DNA of 64,000 nucleotides from Macrostomum hystrix (GCA_950097015.1 CATNEN010000025.1:1426001-1490000), one strand, 5' to 3'; positions 49,041 through 62,400 are shown, numbered from the stretch's first letter. A program made the numbers and translations. The notes: generated from the sequence alone by a model not told the origin.

Positions 49041-49824
49041 TCTCACTCTTTTTTCAGCAGGCGTGACACCTGCCGAGTTTATTACTTAAATAAGCAGCTC
49101 ATGTGTCACTGCAATGTTAGAAATGACTCTGTAAGGAAGAATTTTTCTCAGGACTTTTTTAATCGAACAGAAATTTCCCTGCTTAATCCAAAAGCCTGTA
49201 TTTTTTTGCCAGGCAAAGCTACTCGGAGAAGAAATTCAGGTAGCAACGGAAAGGCAGGCGCATAAATTCAATTTTATTCCAGCCCACACGCGGAAGACCC
49301 AAGCGGCACGCAATTCAAATATCCCCCGGGTCGTTGCTTAATGCTTGCCATTTTTTATTTTCTTTGACAAAGGGCGAGAATTTTTCTGTAAGAAATATTC
49401 CTTCCTCTGTTTGCGGAAGAGGCCGGATATTTAATAATTAAATTTAGGTTAGCAAAACAGCATTGTACGTAAATGAGCGTCAACAATTGGACTGGTGCGG
49501 TCTAAGACGCAACTATCGTGTACTAAATAATTTATTGACAATTCATTTGACTGTTTGGGTTTAAACGCTTGTCTTGCGACCCCATTTTCAATAAAGTTCT
49601 TAATGCAACATTTAAATACTTTAAGTAATTTAAAAACGAGTATTGAACCCTGAAAATATACTTGATCTTTAGATATCTACTATTAGCGAGTTCAATGTAC
49701 ACGAAGAAAATAATATAAATCACATCTACAAGTAAAATATGAAATAACCATAAAACTCCAAATTGACAGATATACGTACAATGTAGAAATAAACTCTCGT
49801 ACAAAATACACAACTAACAAAGTT

Positions 49825-50440
49825 TGCCCTGCCCCCCCCAGCTAGCCCACAGCCAGCCCGTTCTATCTACGTCAAACCCCCGCCCCTCACAGCCAGACAG
49901 CCCATTCCATCTACGTCAAACCCTGTCCCTCAGCCAGCCAGCCGATTCCATTTACACCAAACCCCTACCCCTCACAGCCAGCCAGCCCATTCCATTTACA
50001 CCAAACCCCTGCCCCTCACAGCCAGCCAGCCCATTCCATTTACACCAAACCCCTGCCCCTCACAGCCAGCCAGCCCATTCCATCTACGTCAAACCCCTGC
50101 CCCTCACATCCAGCCAGCCGATTCCATTTACACCAAACCCCTACCCCTCACAGCCAGCCAGCCCATTCCATTTACACCAAACCCCTGCCCCTCACAGCCA
50201 GCCAGCCCATTCCATTTACACCAAACCCCTGCCCCTCACAGCCAGCCAGCCCATTCCATCTACGTCAAACCCCTGCCCCTCACATCCAGCCAGCCGATTC
50301 CATTTACACCAAACCCCTACCCCTCACAGCCAGCCAGCCCATTCCATTTACACCAAACCACTGCCCCTCACAACCAGCCAGCCCATTCCATTTACACCAA
50401 ACCTCTGCCCCTCACAGCCAGCCAGCCCATTCCATTTACA
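49825..50440. repeat. 44-bp minisatellite (CACAGCCAGCCAGCCCATTCCATTTACACCAAACCCCTGCCCCT) just past the WDR49-like stop codon
   Basis: About 14 copies. Confidence 0.94.
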
Positions 50441-50536
50441 CCCTGTCTGCTTATTAAGAGCGTAGATTAAGTGTCGCTTAAAACAAAAAAATCTAAATTC
50501 GGGACACTAAAAGGCAAACGTGGTAAAAGCAAAAGC

Positions 50537-53500
50537 TCAACTCGTGTCAGTGATGGGAGGCAGCCGCACTTGCTTGGCACGATTGCCCATGGAGACTGCA
50601 GTCGCGCTGCGATCAAAGCGCTCCACCGCGGACCGTTGAACATTTCGACCGACGCCGCTCGGTGACGACGCTGTCGCCGCTGCCGTCTGCGGTGAGCCGT
50701 CAGTGCGTGACAAGCCGACTGCCGTCTTCGACCTACCAACGGACCACGACGGCTGCGGCAGATTGGCCGAGAAGGTGAAGGACTTGAACTCCTGCGGGAG
50801 AAGTGGCATATCTTGAACTACTGGGAGTCACAAAAAAATGAGATTGACAAACGGATAAAGGGGATATGGAAATAGTCAAGCAGATTTGCCAAGGTGTATT
50901 TTCACAGCAGTCGCTTGACTAACTGTGGTTTTAAGCGCCATGTACGGAGTGCACACAGCCCCAATGGGCATGGTAGCCTGCGCCTCGACTCCACCGAATT
51001 CGTTGCGTCGACCTGAACGACTGCGTCGGATGCGCTCAAAGTCCAGCTCGGCTTTGAGACCGATTTGCGGCTGCGGGTTCGGGAGTGAGGGGAGACAATT
51101 CCTTAATTTTCGATGCGTTTCGTCTAAAGTTAAGTATCTTGAACTACAGGTGGTAGGTGTTTCGTGTGTAGTTTAATATATCCCTGATGTTTACGAGGCC
51201 ATTAAAATTAATTACAGGCATATTGATAAGTGGCACAAGATGTACCTTGTATCCTTCTGAATCCTTTGAACTAACGACTGGCATTGTTTGCGATCGCAGC
51301 CTCATCGACGCTTCAGGTAGCTGATCCTGAAATTGTTTTTGAAGTGTGTTTAGTGGGTATTCTGGGACTAAAAAAGCATAAGGGAGTCACAGAAAATGCA
51401 ACGCAAGCTCCCTCACCGCTGACTCGTCTGTCTCCACTATCATTGGCTGCATGACGAAGGATTTTCTTGCACTGGACGATTTGTCCTTCTCATCGACATC
51501 ATCAGGCAATGCTTCCACTGAAGAGTGCGGAAATTTAGATGTGATTATAACTTTCCAAATTTTAAACTCCGTTTTATTTAGTAATCTTTTTGTTTTTACC
51601 TTCGTCAAAGAACTTTTGTCGATCTATTTGGGCTTGCTTCCAGGTCTTCCGATTGCCAATGTCCCACGGCTTGGGCTGTTGAATACAATGTGTTTCCAGG
51701 AATTTGTCTGACCCAGGTAAAACCAAACTGACCATCTGACCTATATTCCACCAATAGTAATAATAATAGTATTTGAGAGCTAAGGGCAATGGCACACACA
51801 CGCACTTAGATACTGTACGCAGGCACTCACTCAAACAGGTGTGTATATCTGCCCTTACTTTCTCATTGTCAGGCAGTGTACACTCTCACTGTGGCTTGGA
51901 GGCCCTCAAGGGCATAAATTGCACGACAAGCCCCCAAGCCTTCTCTCCGCGGCTGCGCCCCAAATAAATGTGGCCTCGCCGCGGAATTGAACTTAGGGAC
52001 CTTTGCTCGAGAGGCAAACCTGTAAGACCGCTCTGCCACCGACCCCCTCAGTCAGTTCAATCTGCCTCACCTGTCCAAAGGTGCCAATGAGGTCGCCATT
52101 AGCAGCGAACAGCTTAGCTGTGCAGTCGACGCTAGCCGTCACTATGAAGTCGCCGCGCTCAACTTCGGCGAAGTCAACCGACACGATGGCGACGTCGTGG
52201 GCGCGGAATTCGGTGAGGCAGGGCGGTGCTATGGTGTCCAGCTGCGGGGAGGTCGGTTGGATGGCTTTCAACAAACAACACGTTCCTGTTTTGCCTACGT
52301 AGACTTGTAAGAGATAGCCATCACACATTCTGAACCTTTCTGCAACACGCGAAGTTGGTTCGGAGTGGGAAAGCGGAAGCAAACTGAGGCTAGTTTGAAG
52401 CCTTTCACTCTGTTTAATGTTTGTCCTGGACAAGCAGGCGATGATGGCTGGATGAAGGCTGGATGGCTGGCAGGCACCGAGTGAAAGGAAACAAGAAAAT
52501 GAGCCCTGACACAGCCTTGAGAGTTCCTAGCTCACTCGCTGGCCAAAGTTTCGCACTAGTCCGCCATAGTTACTAGTCGTGTCTTCTTGAATTTAACTTC
52601 TCATCTGAGTCTGTGTTAAGCGCGCCAAGATTTGCCTGTCTGTTGTGCCCCAGCCAGTTCCCTGGGGTCCAGCCACCAATGCGACCCCCCCAGTGGAGTT
52701 GAAGAGTCAACTGCAAAGCCCACGTGATAAAAAATGACAGGGAACCTTTTAGAGGCGAAAAATCAATCAAAAGAAATTGCTTTCTTAGAAAAAAGCTCAC
52801 ATGTACAAGTCTGGTTGGGGAGGATGCGAAGTAATGGGTCTATTTAAGCTGAAAATTCGTAATTTTGCTTAGGGTATGCAAGTATGCAAGTAAATTTAAT
52901 TTTACACGCCTAGGCAAGTTAATCCACTTGAGAATCTGAATATCTTTCGGTGCGTCTAACTACGTATCTTCGACAGGTCTATCGATAGGTGTATCCACAG
53001 GTGTAACGACAGGTCTATCGACAGGTCTATCGACAGGTCTATCGACAGGTCTATCGACAGGTCTATCGACAGGTCTATCGACAGGTCTATCGACAGGTCT
53101 ATCGACAGGTCTATCGACAGGTCTATCGACAGGTCTATCGACAGGTCTATCGACAGGTCTATCGACAGGTCTATCGACAGGTCTATCGACAGGTCTATCG
53201 ACAGGTCTATCGACAGGTCTATCGACAGGTCTATCGACAGGTCTATCGACAGGTCTATCGACAGGTCTATCGACAGGTCTATCGACAGGTCTATCGACAG
53301 GTCTATCGACAGGTCTATCGACAGGTCTATCGACAGGTCTATCGACAGGTCTATCGACAGGTCTATCGACAGGTCTATCGACAGGTCTATCGACAGGTCT
53401 ATCGACAGGTCTATCGACAGGTCTATCGACAGGTCTATCGACAGGTCTATCGACAGGTCTATCGACAGGTCTATCGACAGGTCTATCGACAGGTCTATCG

Positions 53501-56500
53501 ACAGGTCTATCGACAGGTCTATCGACAGGTCTATCGACAGGTCTATCGACAGGTCTATCGACAGGTCTATCGACAGGTCTATCGACAGGTCTATCGACAG
53601 GTCTATCGACAGGTCTATCGACAGGTCTATCGACAGGTCTATCGACAGGTCTATCGACAGGTCTATCGACAGGTCTATCGACAGGTCTATCGACAGGTCT
53701 ATCGACAGGTCTATCGACAGGTCTATCGACTTGGCCTATCTTTCGACTTGGCCATGTGCATAAAAACTGAGCTATTCAATTGTTCAGTTACGGCTCGTAA
53801 AAGATCAATCTATCAAGCATCCAAGAAGCAGGCAAAGCCGGTCGAGTCTCACCTTGTCCCGTTGGAACAATGCATAATTGCCGATGGTCCAGTTGCGCAC
53901 GTAGCCACAGGTGTCACCAGTCAGCAGAGCGGTGTTCCGCTTGTTAGTTGCCATAGCCAGCACGCACTCCTCCGGCTCCGCGGCGGCTTGAAACGCCGCC
54001 ATCTCGTGCCGCCGGCCGTGCACGCTCCAGAAGCGGACGATGCCAGCCTCGCTGGTGACAAGGTAGCCGCTCTCGCGGTGCCGCTTCTCCGCCGCCCGCT
54101 GCTTCAGGAAGAGCAGCTTGTCAACGGCTGGCACCGGGTTGCGCTCCGGTCTGGACAGCCGGTGGCGTGAGTTGGGCCGGCTGTTGCCAGTGGCGGTGGA
54201 GCAGCGCGATGGCGGCGGTGTCAGGCCCTGCGCCCTGTACACCTTCTTCTCGCTGCGTGGCAGGGGCGGAGTAAGGGCGGATTTGAAGGCGCGTCATAAG
54301 GATGAATTTGAGGATGAAGGCTGTTCAGGGGCTGAAAAGGAGCAGATAGGGAGAATGAGGGACGGATTACGAGGCTGCTTATGCGGGAATTAGACGGTGG
54401 ATAAGAATAGAGTTTAGGTGGCGGATTAGGGAGATTAAATAATTGTGGATAAGGGGGGCGGATTAGGGGGAAGATTGGGAGTCTGCAGAGGCGTAACTTA
54501 AACGACAGATGAGGGGTGAACAATGGGCGGAATGTAGGGCGGATTTCGGGGTGGATATTGGGGCGGAAAGGGGCAGATTATCAGCAGATTAAGTGGCGGA
54601 TTAGGAGGCGGATTTGGGGGCGGATTTGGGGTCGCTTAGGCGTAAACTAAATTACTGATCGGGAGTGAATTAGTAAGCGGATTAGGGTTCGGATTACGGG
54701 GCCAGATCATGAGGCGGATTAGAGGGCGAATAACGGAGCGGATTAGGTAGAGAATGAGAGGTTTGATTGGGAGGCTGATTTGGCTGATGAAGGCGGAAAG
54801 GGAGTCTCATAAATTTTCTTCAACTCGGAGTCGTTTAGGGATTGGATTTTCAATACTAATCTGAACGGATTATCAAAAGCGTTAAAGTTGCCCTGCTTTT
54901 TAGACTGGTTGAGAGCTTCACAGTTCTCGCAGCCAACTCACATTTTCTCATGGTAGCCCTCCCTGAGCCGGATTAGCAGCTTCTCAAATTCGACATTCCA
55001 CACTAGGATGGCGCCGTCGTAGCTGGCCGTGGCGAACAGGTCCGGCGGGCAGAAGTCCGACGTCAGGATGTCGTCCTCGTGCTGGACTCCACCGCGCCAT
55101 TCCACCGGATGCCGAACGAGATCCTTAATAAATGGGAAATCAGAAGGAGAACTGAGGGTCCCATTCAGGTGAAAATAAGGATGCGAATCTGCGTGAAAAA
55201 AGGAATCTGAGTGATGGGGATCTGGAGGAGGATGGGGATCTGGTTGAGGATGGGGATCTAAATGAGAATGAGGATCTGAGTGTGGATGACGATCTGGGTG
55301 AGGATTGGGATCTGAGTGTGGATGACGATCTGGGTGAGGATGGGGATCTGAGTGAGGATGGGATTCGAGTGAGGATGGGGATCTGGGTTAGGATGAGGAT
55401 CTGAGTGAGGATGAGGATCTGAGTGTGGTTGGGATCTGAATGAAAATGAGGATCTGAGTGGGAATGAGGATATGAGTGGGAATGAGGATCTGAGTGGGAA
55501 TGAGGATCTGAGTGGGAATGAGGATCTGAGTGAGGATGGGGATCTGGTTGTCGGACTTGGGTTTGGATTGGGATTTTAAAATGGACTGCAAATTATGTAA
55601 ACTAGGGGATCTAGTTATGCTAGGGATTTGGGTAGGCAAGGGGATCTGATCGGATAAAAAATCGGAACAAAAGATTAACCAATTGGATGCAGCAAGTTTA
55701 AGTGTACCAAGCACACGAGCTACAAGAGCCTTCTACAATTAAAAAGCTAACAAAATATAGATGCATCTAGCTCGTGCCTTTGAGAATGTGACTCAGATAT
55801 TGTTAGTACTATAATAAAAGCGGAACGGATAGAAGCCTTCTCGCCCTAGCAATGAAAACCAAGGTAAAAGCTTTCAGGTAGATAAAGAGCTTGTCTGTCT
55901 CTCGCCTAAGTCAATTTTCTCAACCCCGCCTGGCTCATTAAGGTGGAAATGTTCGATGTGAATGTTTGTGACAGTTTCACATCAGCCTAGCAACTACTGA
56001 GCTGTGTGTTTTGTTCCTGTGATAGATCCATGTTTTTCTGAGACTATTTTAGAACTCGTTTCATGAGTTTGAGAAGTTCAAAGACTAAAAGACAAATAAT
56101 TACAGGAGCCTGTGGGCAGTGCACAGCATTTGGTGTCAGTCGATCCACAGCCAGCGAGGAGGCAATTCTGCCGATTTCGCTGACTCCTGAGCTCACACTC
56201 ACTTAGATACTGTACGCAGGCACTCACTCAAACAGGTGTGTACATCTGCCCTTACTTTCTCATTGTTAAGCAGTGTACACTCTCACTGTGCCATGGAGGT
56301 TGGTTCTCAGGGGCGTAAATTGCACGACAAGCCCCCAAGCCTTCTCAAGCGCCCCAAATGAATGGGGCCTCGGTGCGGAATCGAGCTCAAGGATCCTTGT
56401 GGGAGAGGCAAACGCGTTAACCGCTCCGCCACTCATCCTTTCCCAAATGGTGAGGATAAGTTCGGATAAAAAAGGAGAATTAAGACTCACATTTAGAACT

Positions 56501-59500
56501 AGGACTCAAGGCGAGTATTAGGACTCAAGGCGAGTATTAGGACTCAAGGCGAGTATTAGGACTCAAGGCGAGTATTAGGACTCAAGGTGAGTATTAGGAC
56601 TCAAGGTGAGTATTAGGACTCAAGGTGAGTATTAGGACTCAATGTGAGTACTTAACTCTAGATAAAAGGGCTCCACCCACCTCCGGGTTGGAGTCATTGT
56701 AGCAGACGATGGCGCGGCTCCAGCCCACAGACAGGATGCGGTGTTGCGATGGCACCACGCACATTCCGGTGATCTCAGCGTCTGCAGTCTTGACCAAGTC
56801 GTGCATCAGCTGGCCGGTCTGGAAGTTCCACACCTTTAAGCTGCCGTGCCGAGAACCCGTGAACAGTCTGCGCCAGGTGTTATCGTAGGTCAGGCAGGTG
56901 ATCTCCTCTTCGCCGTGGGCATTGGCGAACACCAGGCACTTATTGCCAGTCTCCAGGTCCCAGCTGATCAAACAGGAGTCGTCGGATGCCGTGGCGACCT
57001 GACGGAACAGCGGGTTGTAGACTGCCGCGCACAGCTGCGACCGGTGCGTCTGGATCAGACCCGGAATGGGATCCGCCGCCTTGCCTGCGGAGAGTGGAGG
57101 ATCCAGTTCGGGATTATTAACAAGTCTCGATTACCTGACACTTGATTTGTTAAACTGATCCTCACTCTGATCCCATTTCTCTTACCCGATCCTTCCTCAC
57201 TTTGATCCCAATTATTTAACCTAGTCCTCACTTTGATCCCCTTTCTCTAACCTGATCCTCACTCTGATCCCAATTCTCTTACCTGATCCTCAATCTGATC
57301 TAATTCTCTAACCTGATCCTCACTTTGATCCCAATTCTCTAACCTGATCCTCACTCTGATCCCAATTCTCTTACCTGATCCTCACTCTGATCCCAATTCT
57401 CTTACCTGATCCTCACTCTGATCCCAATGAATGATTGAATCACTCTTGATATTGTATTTTTTAGTATTTTCTAAATAGGGGTTATAGCCTAGTGGATAGA
57501 GCATCGGGCTAAACTGAAAGTCGGACTGAAAGTCAGGGGTTCGATTCCTGACTACAATCGGGAACATTTTGTGTCCTTCAGCAAAACAAATAACTCTGCA
57601 TTGCTTCAGTTCACCCAGCTGTTAAATGGGTACCAGGATTAGCTGGGGTAATTGAGGGTGGGTGTGGCGTCTCCCCAGTCCATGGACTGAACAGCCGTAC
57701 GCAGCCTTCAGATGCGCCGCGCAATAGCTGCGGCTGTGCTGTCGGCTGCACATCTGGCCCAATTGGAGCAGGTTAAATTACGACAACAAATAAATGCAAT
57801 GCATCGCATTACTCTGCTCTGCTACTCTGCTAAAAGTAAATATTGATATATTAAAGCTATCGCGATTAAGAAAGTGAGAATTTAACATTTTGTCTCTGAT
57901 ATGTAACTGACTGTCTGACCCAGTCTAGACCAGTTACTGATATTTTCAAGGAAAATTCGGACAATTCCAAGATTACTAACCATTAGTTAGTGAACTCAAT
58001 CTAACAAATGCCCTATAGAATACTTCTCCCCACAGGTAAGGAAAATTATAGGCACATTTTTTATTTTAAACTCTGCCACAGCCGCTGCAGAACTAGCAGC
58101 AGCAGCAGCAGCAGCAGCAAACTAAATAGCTGTTAAAAATGTTTTTTCATTTCATCATAGGCAAAGTTTTATAGTCTGCTAGCTCTTCCTGTTTACGTTC
58201 AGCTAACTTATACTCTGCTTAGTGAGATCCCCAACTATACAGCATACTAACTAGAACTCTAACTTGTTTTATGACATCTGCCATCAGCTCACACAGCACA
58301 TTGAGTTACCCATCAGCTCAATTCCCTTCCCAACCGCCAGCCTAAAGTCTAAATCGAAAATAAGTTCGTTGTAAATATAAATTCCAACAGACGGATGGAC
58401 AACTCTAGGAACTACTGTCTGTCTGGGAAATCCCCTTTACATTCCCTTGTGGGATTTGATGCATTTCACAATACTAGTGAGGTGTGGGAAATCCCCTCTA
58501 CATTCCCAGTGTGGGATTTGATGCATTTCACAATACTAGTGAGGTGTGGGAAATCCCCTCTACATTCCCAGTGTGGGATTTGATGCATTTCACAATACTA
58601 GTGAGGTGTGGGAAATCCCTTGTATATTCCCTGTGTGGGATTTGATGCATTTCACAATACTAGTGAGGTGTGGGAAATCCCTTGTACATTCCCTGTGTGG
58701 GATTTGATGCATTTCACAATACTAGTGAGGTGTGGGAAATCCCCTGTACATTCCCTGTGTGGGATTTGATGCATTTCACAATACTAGTGAGGTGTGGGAA
58801 ATCCCTTGTACATTCCCTGTGTGGGATTTGATGCATTCCACAATACTAGTGAGGTGTGGGAAATCCCTTGTACATTCCCTGTGTGGAATTTGATGCATTC
58901 CACAACACAGAGGACCCTGTGTGATTTAATTTCCCGGCAAAATTCTAAATTGAATGTGATTTCTGATTTGGAAAAATTTAGAAGTTTATTCGGAGGCCCT
59001 TCGCTGCAGTAAGTATGTACATACTCCTAGTGCACAATGTACAATGCCCTTACCCAGCCGATATTGCACAATGTTGTCGGTGGAGGTGAGGTAGACTGTG
59101 TTGGACTGCAGGTGCAATGTCATCGGGCAGGCCATGTGCTCGGGCATTTTGTCACTGAGTGCGTAGGGAATTCGCACGTTGACCGTCTGGACGCAGCCCT
59201 GGGCGCGGATGTCCCAGACTTTGATGACGCCGTCGCGGGCGTAGCTGAGAACGTAGCCCTGACGCTCGTGAATTCGCACGGACAGCACGGAATTGTTGTG
59301 GCCTTCGAGTGCGGCCGTGTGCTTGCCGGGCACGTAGGGATTCCAGAAGCGGACGAAATGATCTGGCGACCCAGTCACCAGCAGGTTGATGCCCCGGGCG
59401 ATGTCGAAACATTCGACACCGCGGCGCAGTCGGAATGTGTAAACAGCCCGACGCTGGAACAGATTGTAGATGATCACGGAGTTGACTGGCGAGGAGCTGC

Positions 59501-62206
59501 AGCTGACGACACAGCCGGCGTCGGGCAGATAGACCAGGTCGTTGATGCCCTCAGTGTGCAGGCTGTCGTGCACCTGGACTTCAACACACCTGGTGTGCGC
59601 GCTGGCCAGTTCGTGATACCAGACCCGCTGACTGCGGTGATTCGGATCTGGAGGAATGTCAAACAGCTGCTGCATCGGCCTTTTGAATACCAGAATGGTC
59701 AGGCCGCCCTGGTCGTCGCCGAGGAACAGCTGGCAATCCGTGTTCGCCGCCTAGCTCAACGGACAGTTGTTTATGGAATGCAGCTGGTTACCATGACAAC
59801 CGAATTAATTTTTTCTTTAAAAAACGGATACTAAAACCTTAGCATCAGTACAGTCATTTTCTGGCAGATAATTTGTCATTCTGTCGCTTAATTGGCTTGT
59901 CTCTCAATGGCTACCTGTGTAAAATGATGCTTTTGCATCAAATTATTTGCAGTAGATGACGAATATTCAGTTTCTAAGTTTCATAGTTTTAACATTAAAC
60001 ACTTACTCGCATAAATTGATCTTTAAGGTGATGATAGTTTTAGGTGCAGAAAATAATTTATGTTCCCACTATCAACAAGTAGGTAATAAATATAAGCATG
60101 TAATGCTTTTATTAAACATGTAGAAGGCATGCTAATTAAACATCGGTAGCATAGCAACCTTCAATAGTCGAGTGAAAATGAAGGTAAATGGATAAATATT
60201 ACATTAGGTAACAGTGATAGAGAAAAATTAAGAATGTTCCTCACCAGAAAGTGTACGACTAATTTCTGGAATTAGACAAGTACAATAAGCAGAGATGGAT
60301 TTGCACTTGAAACACCTCACTCCCTATCAATCCAACCACATCACACCCTGCCTATAGAATCACATTATTCTCAGACTATATAACAACCTCACTCCCTGCC
60401 AATGCAACAACCTCACTTACGGAGTGAGGTGGTTGGATAGAAAAGGAGTGAGGTGGTTGGTAGGCAGGGAGTGTGGTGGCTGGATAGAAAAGGACTGAGG
60501 TCGTTGGATAGGCAGGGAGTGAGGTGGTTGGATAGAAAAGGAGTGAGGTGGTTGGATAGAAAAGGAGTGTTGTGGTTGGTAGGCAGGGAGTGTGGTGGCT
60601 GGATAGAAAAGGACTGAGGTCGTTGGATAGGCAGGGAGTGAGGTGGTTGGATAGAAAAGGAGTGAGGTGGTTGGATAGAAAAGGAGTGTTGTGGTTGGTA
60701 GGCAGGGAGTGTGGTGGCTGGATAGAAAAGGACTGAGGTCGTTGGATAGGCAGGGAGTGAGGTGGTTGGATAGAAAGGGAGTGAGGTGGCTGGATAGAAA
60801 AGGAGTGAGGTGATTGGATAGGCAGAGTCAAGTGGCTGAAGAAACAGATTGGGGAGCCTGAATTACTTTTGCCGCAAAAGTCAAATGATCTGAATTTTCA
60901 GCTTTTATTAATACTTTATTTTACATTCAGGATTCATAGAATATTTTGCATACTCACCTCTTTCTTGTAGTGAAACTTGAGCACCGTTGCCACGGACCTC
61001 AGTCCGTAGAGCACGAACTCCTCTTTGATGACATTAGAGGCGATGTCGTAGAACTTCAGCTCTCGGCCGGTGGTGGACAGCACCAGCTTCTTGCAGTTCT
61101 CCATGAAGGCCGCGTCCATGATCCACTCGTTGAAGAGTCGCTTACCTGTGGCGGCCAGGTCCGTGTGGCCGCCCTGAGTCTCCAGGTGGGCCTCCAGCTT
61201 GAGCAGGCAGTCCCAGAGCAGGATGCAGCCAGTCTTGCTCACGCTGATGGGTCGGATGGGCGACTCCGTCAGCAGCAGGCGGGCCGAAGGCTCTTGCTGC
61301 GGGCCACAGGAATTAGATATCCCATTGTTGCAAAGCATGGGAGTTGAGTGGTGGAGTGGTTACGCTTCTGACTCTTGCACCTAGATGTCTGAGCTCGATT
61401 CCGCGGTGAGGCCATGCATTAATTCGGGGCGCAGCCGCGGCGAGAAGGCTTGGGGGGCTTGTCATGCAATTGACGTCCTGGTGGGCCAACCTCCAAGGTA
61501 CAGTGAGAGTGTACACTGCTTGACGATGAGAAAGTCAGTGCAGATGTCACTCCTGTGTGAGTATGTGCTCAGGAGTCAGCGGAATAGGCAGAATCATCGC
61601 TGTAGGTCTACTGTCACCAAATGATGTGCCAGTGCTCATGTGAGCTTAAGGGACTGTTAAATTGGCTCCTCGCTAGCTGTTAGCAGAGTTTTCCCAAATG
61701 ATGAGTTAGTACCCGCAGCTTGTCTGTACAAGTTGTTTCTTATGCGGTAAAGATAGGACACAGCTCACCCGATTGTACAGGACGTGCCGCAGTCGTGGCT
61801 CCGATTTGAACGGCGGCTCAACCCGCACGCTGAGCCGGTCGCTCTCGCTCAAGTAGAGCATCATGTAGTTGCAGAACTCTTGCCAGGACACCGCGCCCTG
61901 GTTGTCCGTGTCCAGCTTGTGAAACAGCCGCTCGAGCTGGTCGGCGAAGCGCGCGTGTCCGATGACGCGACAAAGGACGCTCTTGAACTCATCCACGTTC
62001 AGCATGCCGGTTTGCCGACGTCGGTTAGGCTGCTGCTGCTGCTGCTGCCGCTGAGATCCGGACTCACGATTGGGACTCTGAGATGACCGGTGGTTCTCGA
62101 AGTGCTGTTTCACCTGCTGCAGGTGCTGCAGCTGAAGGAAGTCCTCGACTCGTATCCCGCCCTCCAGTTCGGTGCTGAATGAGCAGGTGGTTGACGGTAG
62201 GTGCAT
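50537..62206 (-). CDS. WDR49: EF-hand + WD40-repeat ciliary protein, WDR49/CFAP337-like; exons 62206-61769, 61296-60958, 59750-59054, 57084-56681, 55123-54942, 54252-53853, 52241-52071, 51675-51600, 51517-51417, 51070-50924, 50791-50537
   Basis: EF-hand LFHKLDTDNQGAVSWQEFCNYM; WD repeats (LLVTGSPDHFVRFWNPY, LEGHNNSV, VATASDDSCLISWDLETG, HEDDILTSDF...TASYDGAILVWN, FRAHDVAIVSVDF...TASVDCTAKLF). Junctions are phase-consistent. The start ATG is inferred and WDR64-type paralogy is not excluded. Confidence 0.75.
51790..52048 (-). mobile_element. SINE family A copy, 3'-truncated, just inside an intron
   Basis: Reverse complement matches family A. Confidence 0.87.
52972..53730. repeat. Near-perfect 12-bp tandem array (TCGACAGGTCTA)x~60
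   Basis: No variants seen by eye from about 53008 to 53730; a few degenerate units at the left edge. Confidence 0.98.
54380..54790. repeat. Degenerate GCGGATT(A/T)-motif repeat region in a WDR49-like intron
   Basis: Recurrent GGCGGATTA/GGCGGATTT words. Confidence 0.7.
55215..55545. repeat. 18-bp minisatellite (GAGGATGGGGATCTGAGT)
   Basis: Tandem copies in intron. Confidence 0.9.
56095..56430 (-). mobile_element. SINE family A, near full-length
   Basis: Reverse complement matches family A including the tail. Confidence 0.87.
56502..56650. repeat. 19-bp minisatellite (GGACTCAAGGCGAGTATTA x~7)
   Basis: Tandem copies just inside the intron, next to a donor site. Confidence 0.92.
57160..57425. 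repeat. ~31-bp minisatellite (CTGATCCTCACTCTGATCCCAATTCTCTTAC)
   Basis: About 8 copies. Confidence 0.9.
57478..57780 (+). mobile_element. SINE family B, full-length
   Basis: TAGCCTAGTGGATAGAGC head, GGGTTCGATTCC B box, CORE-like body, 3' hairpin. Confidence 0.88.
58425..58905. repeat. 62-bp minisatellite x8
   Basis: GGGAAATCCC recurs at 58425, 58486, 58548, 58610, 58672, 58734, 58796 and 58858. Confidence 0.96.
59787..59800. promoter_or_regulatory. RFX X-box motif in intron 2 of the WDR49-like gene
   Basis: GTTACCATGACAAC (reverse complement GTTGTCATGGTAAC) fits the 14-bp X-box consensus, and it lies in a ciliary gene. Confidence 0.6.
60375..60830. repeat. 24-bp minisatellite (GGAGTGAGGTGGTTGGATAG...)
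   Basis: Tandem copies; the same family recurs at 62430-63010. Confidence 0.93.
61340..61640 (+). mobile_element. SINE family A copy in WDR49-like intron 1
   Basis: GAGCTCGATTCCGCGG...GGCCAACCTCCAAGG...GACGATGAGAAAGTCAG blocks. Confidence 0.85.
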
Positions 62207-62244
62207 GAAGGACCTAAAAACCAACAAATGCTTTCCACCTGGTC

Positions 62245-62400
62245 TAGGAGGGGGTGATTGGCGGTGCGGTCTAGCACGTTTGCCTCTTGCACCAAGGTCC
62301 CAGAGCTCGACTCAGCAGCAAGGCCACATTATTCGTGGCGCAACCGCGATGGAGAATTAAGGCTTCGGGTGGTTGGGGGCTTGTCGTGCTATCTCCTTCA
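62245..62400 (+). mobile_element. SINE family A 5' fragment
   Basis: GGGGTGATTGGCGGTGCGGTCTAGCACGTTTGCCTCTTGCACCAAGGTCCCAGAGCTCGACTC head. Confidence 0.8.

Noticed and set aside
58425-58905. CRISPR-like appearance of the regularly spaced 62-bp repeat
   Set aside because: The units are contiguous and near-identical with no unique spacers; the context is eukaryotic and there are no cas genes.
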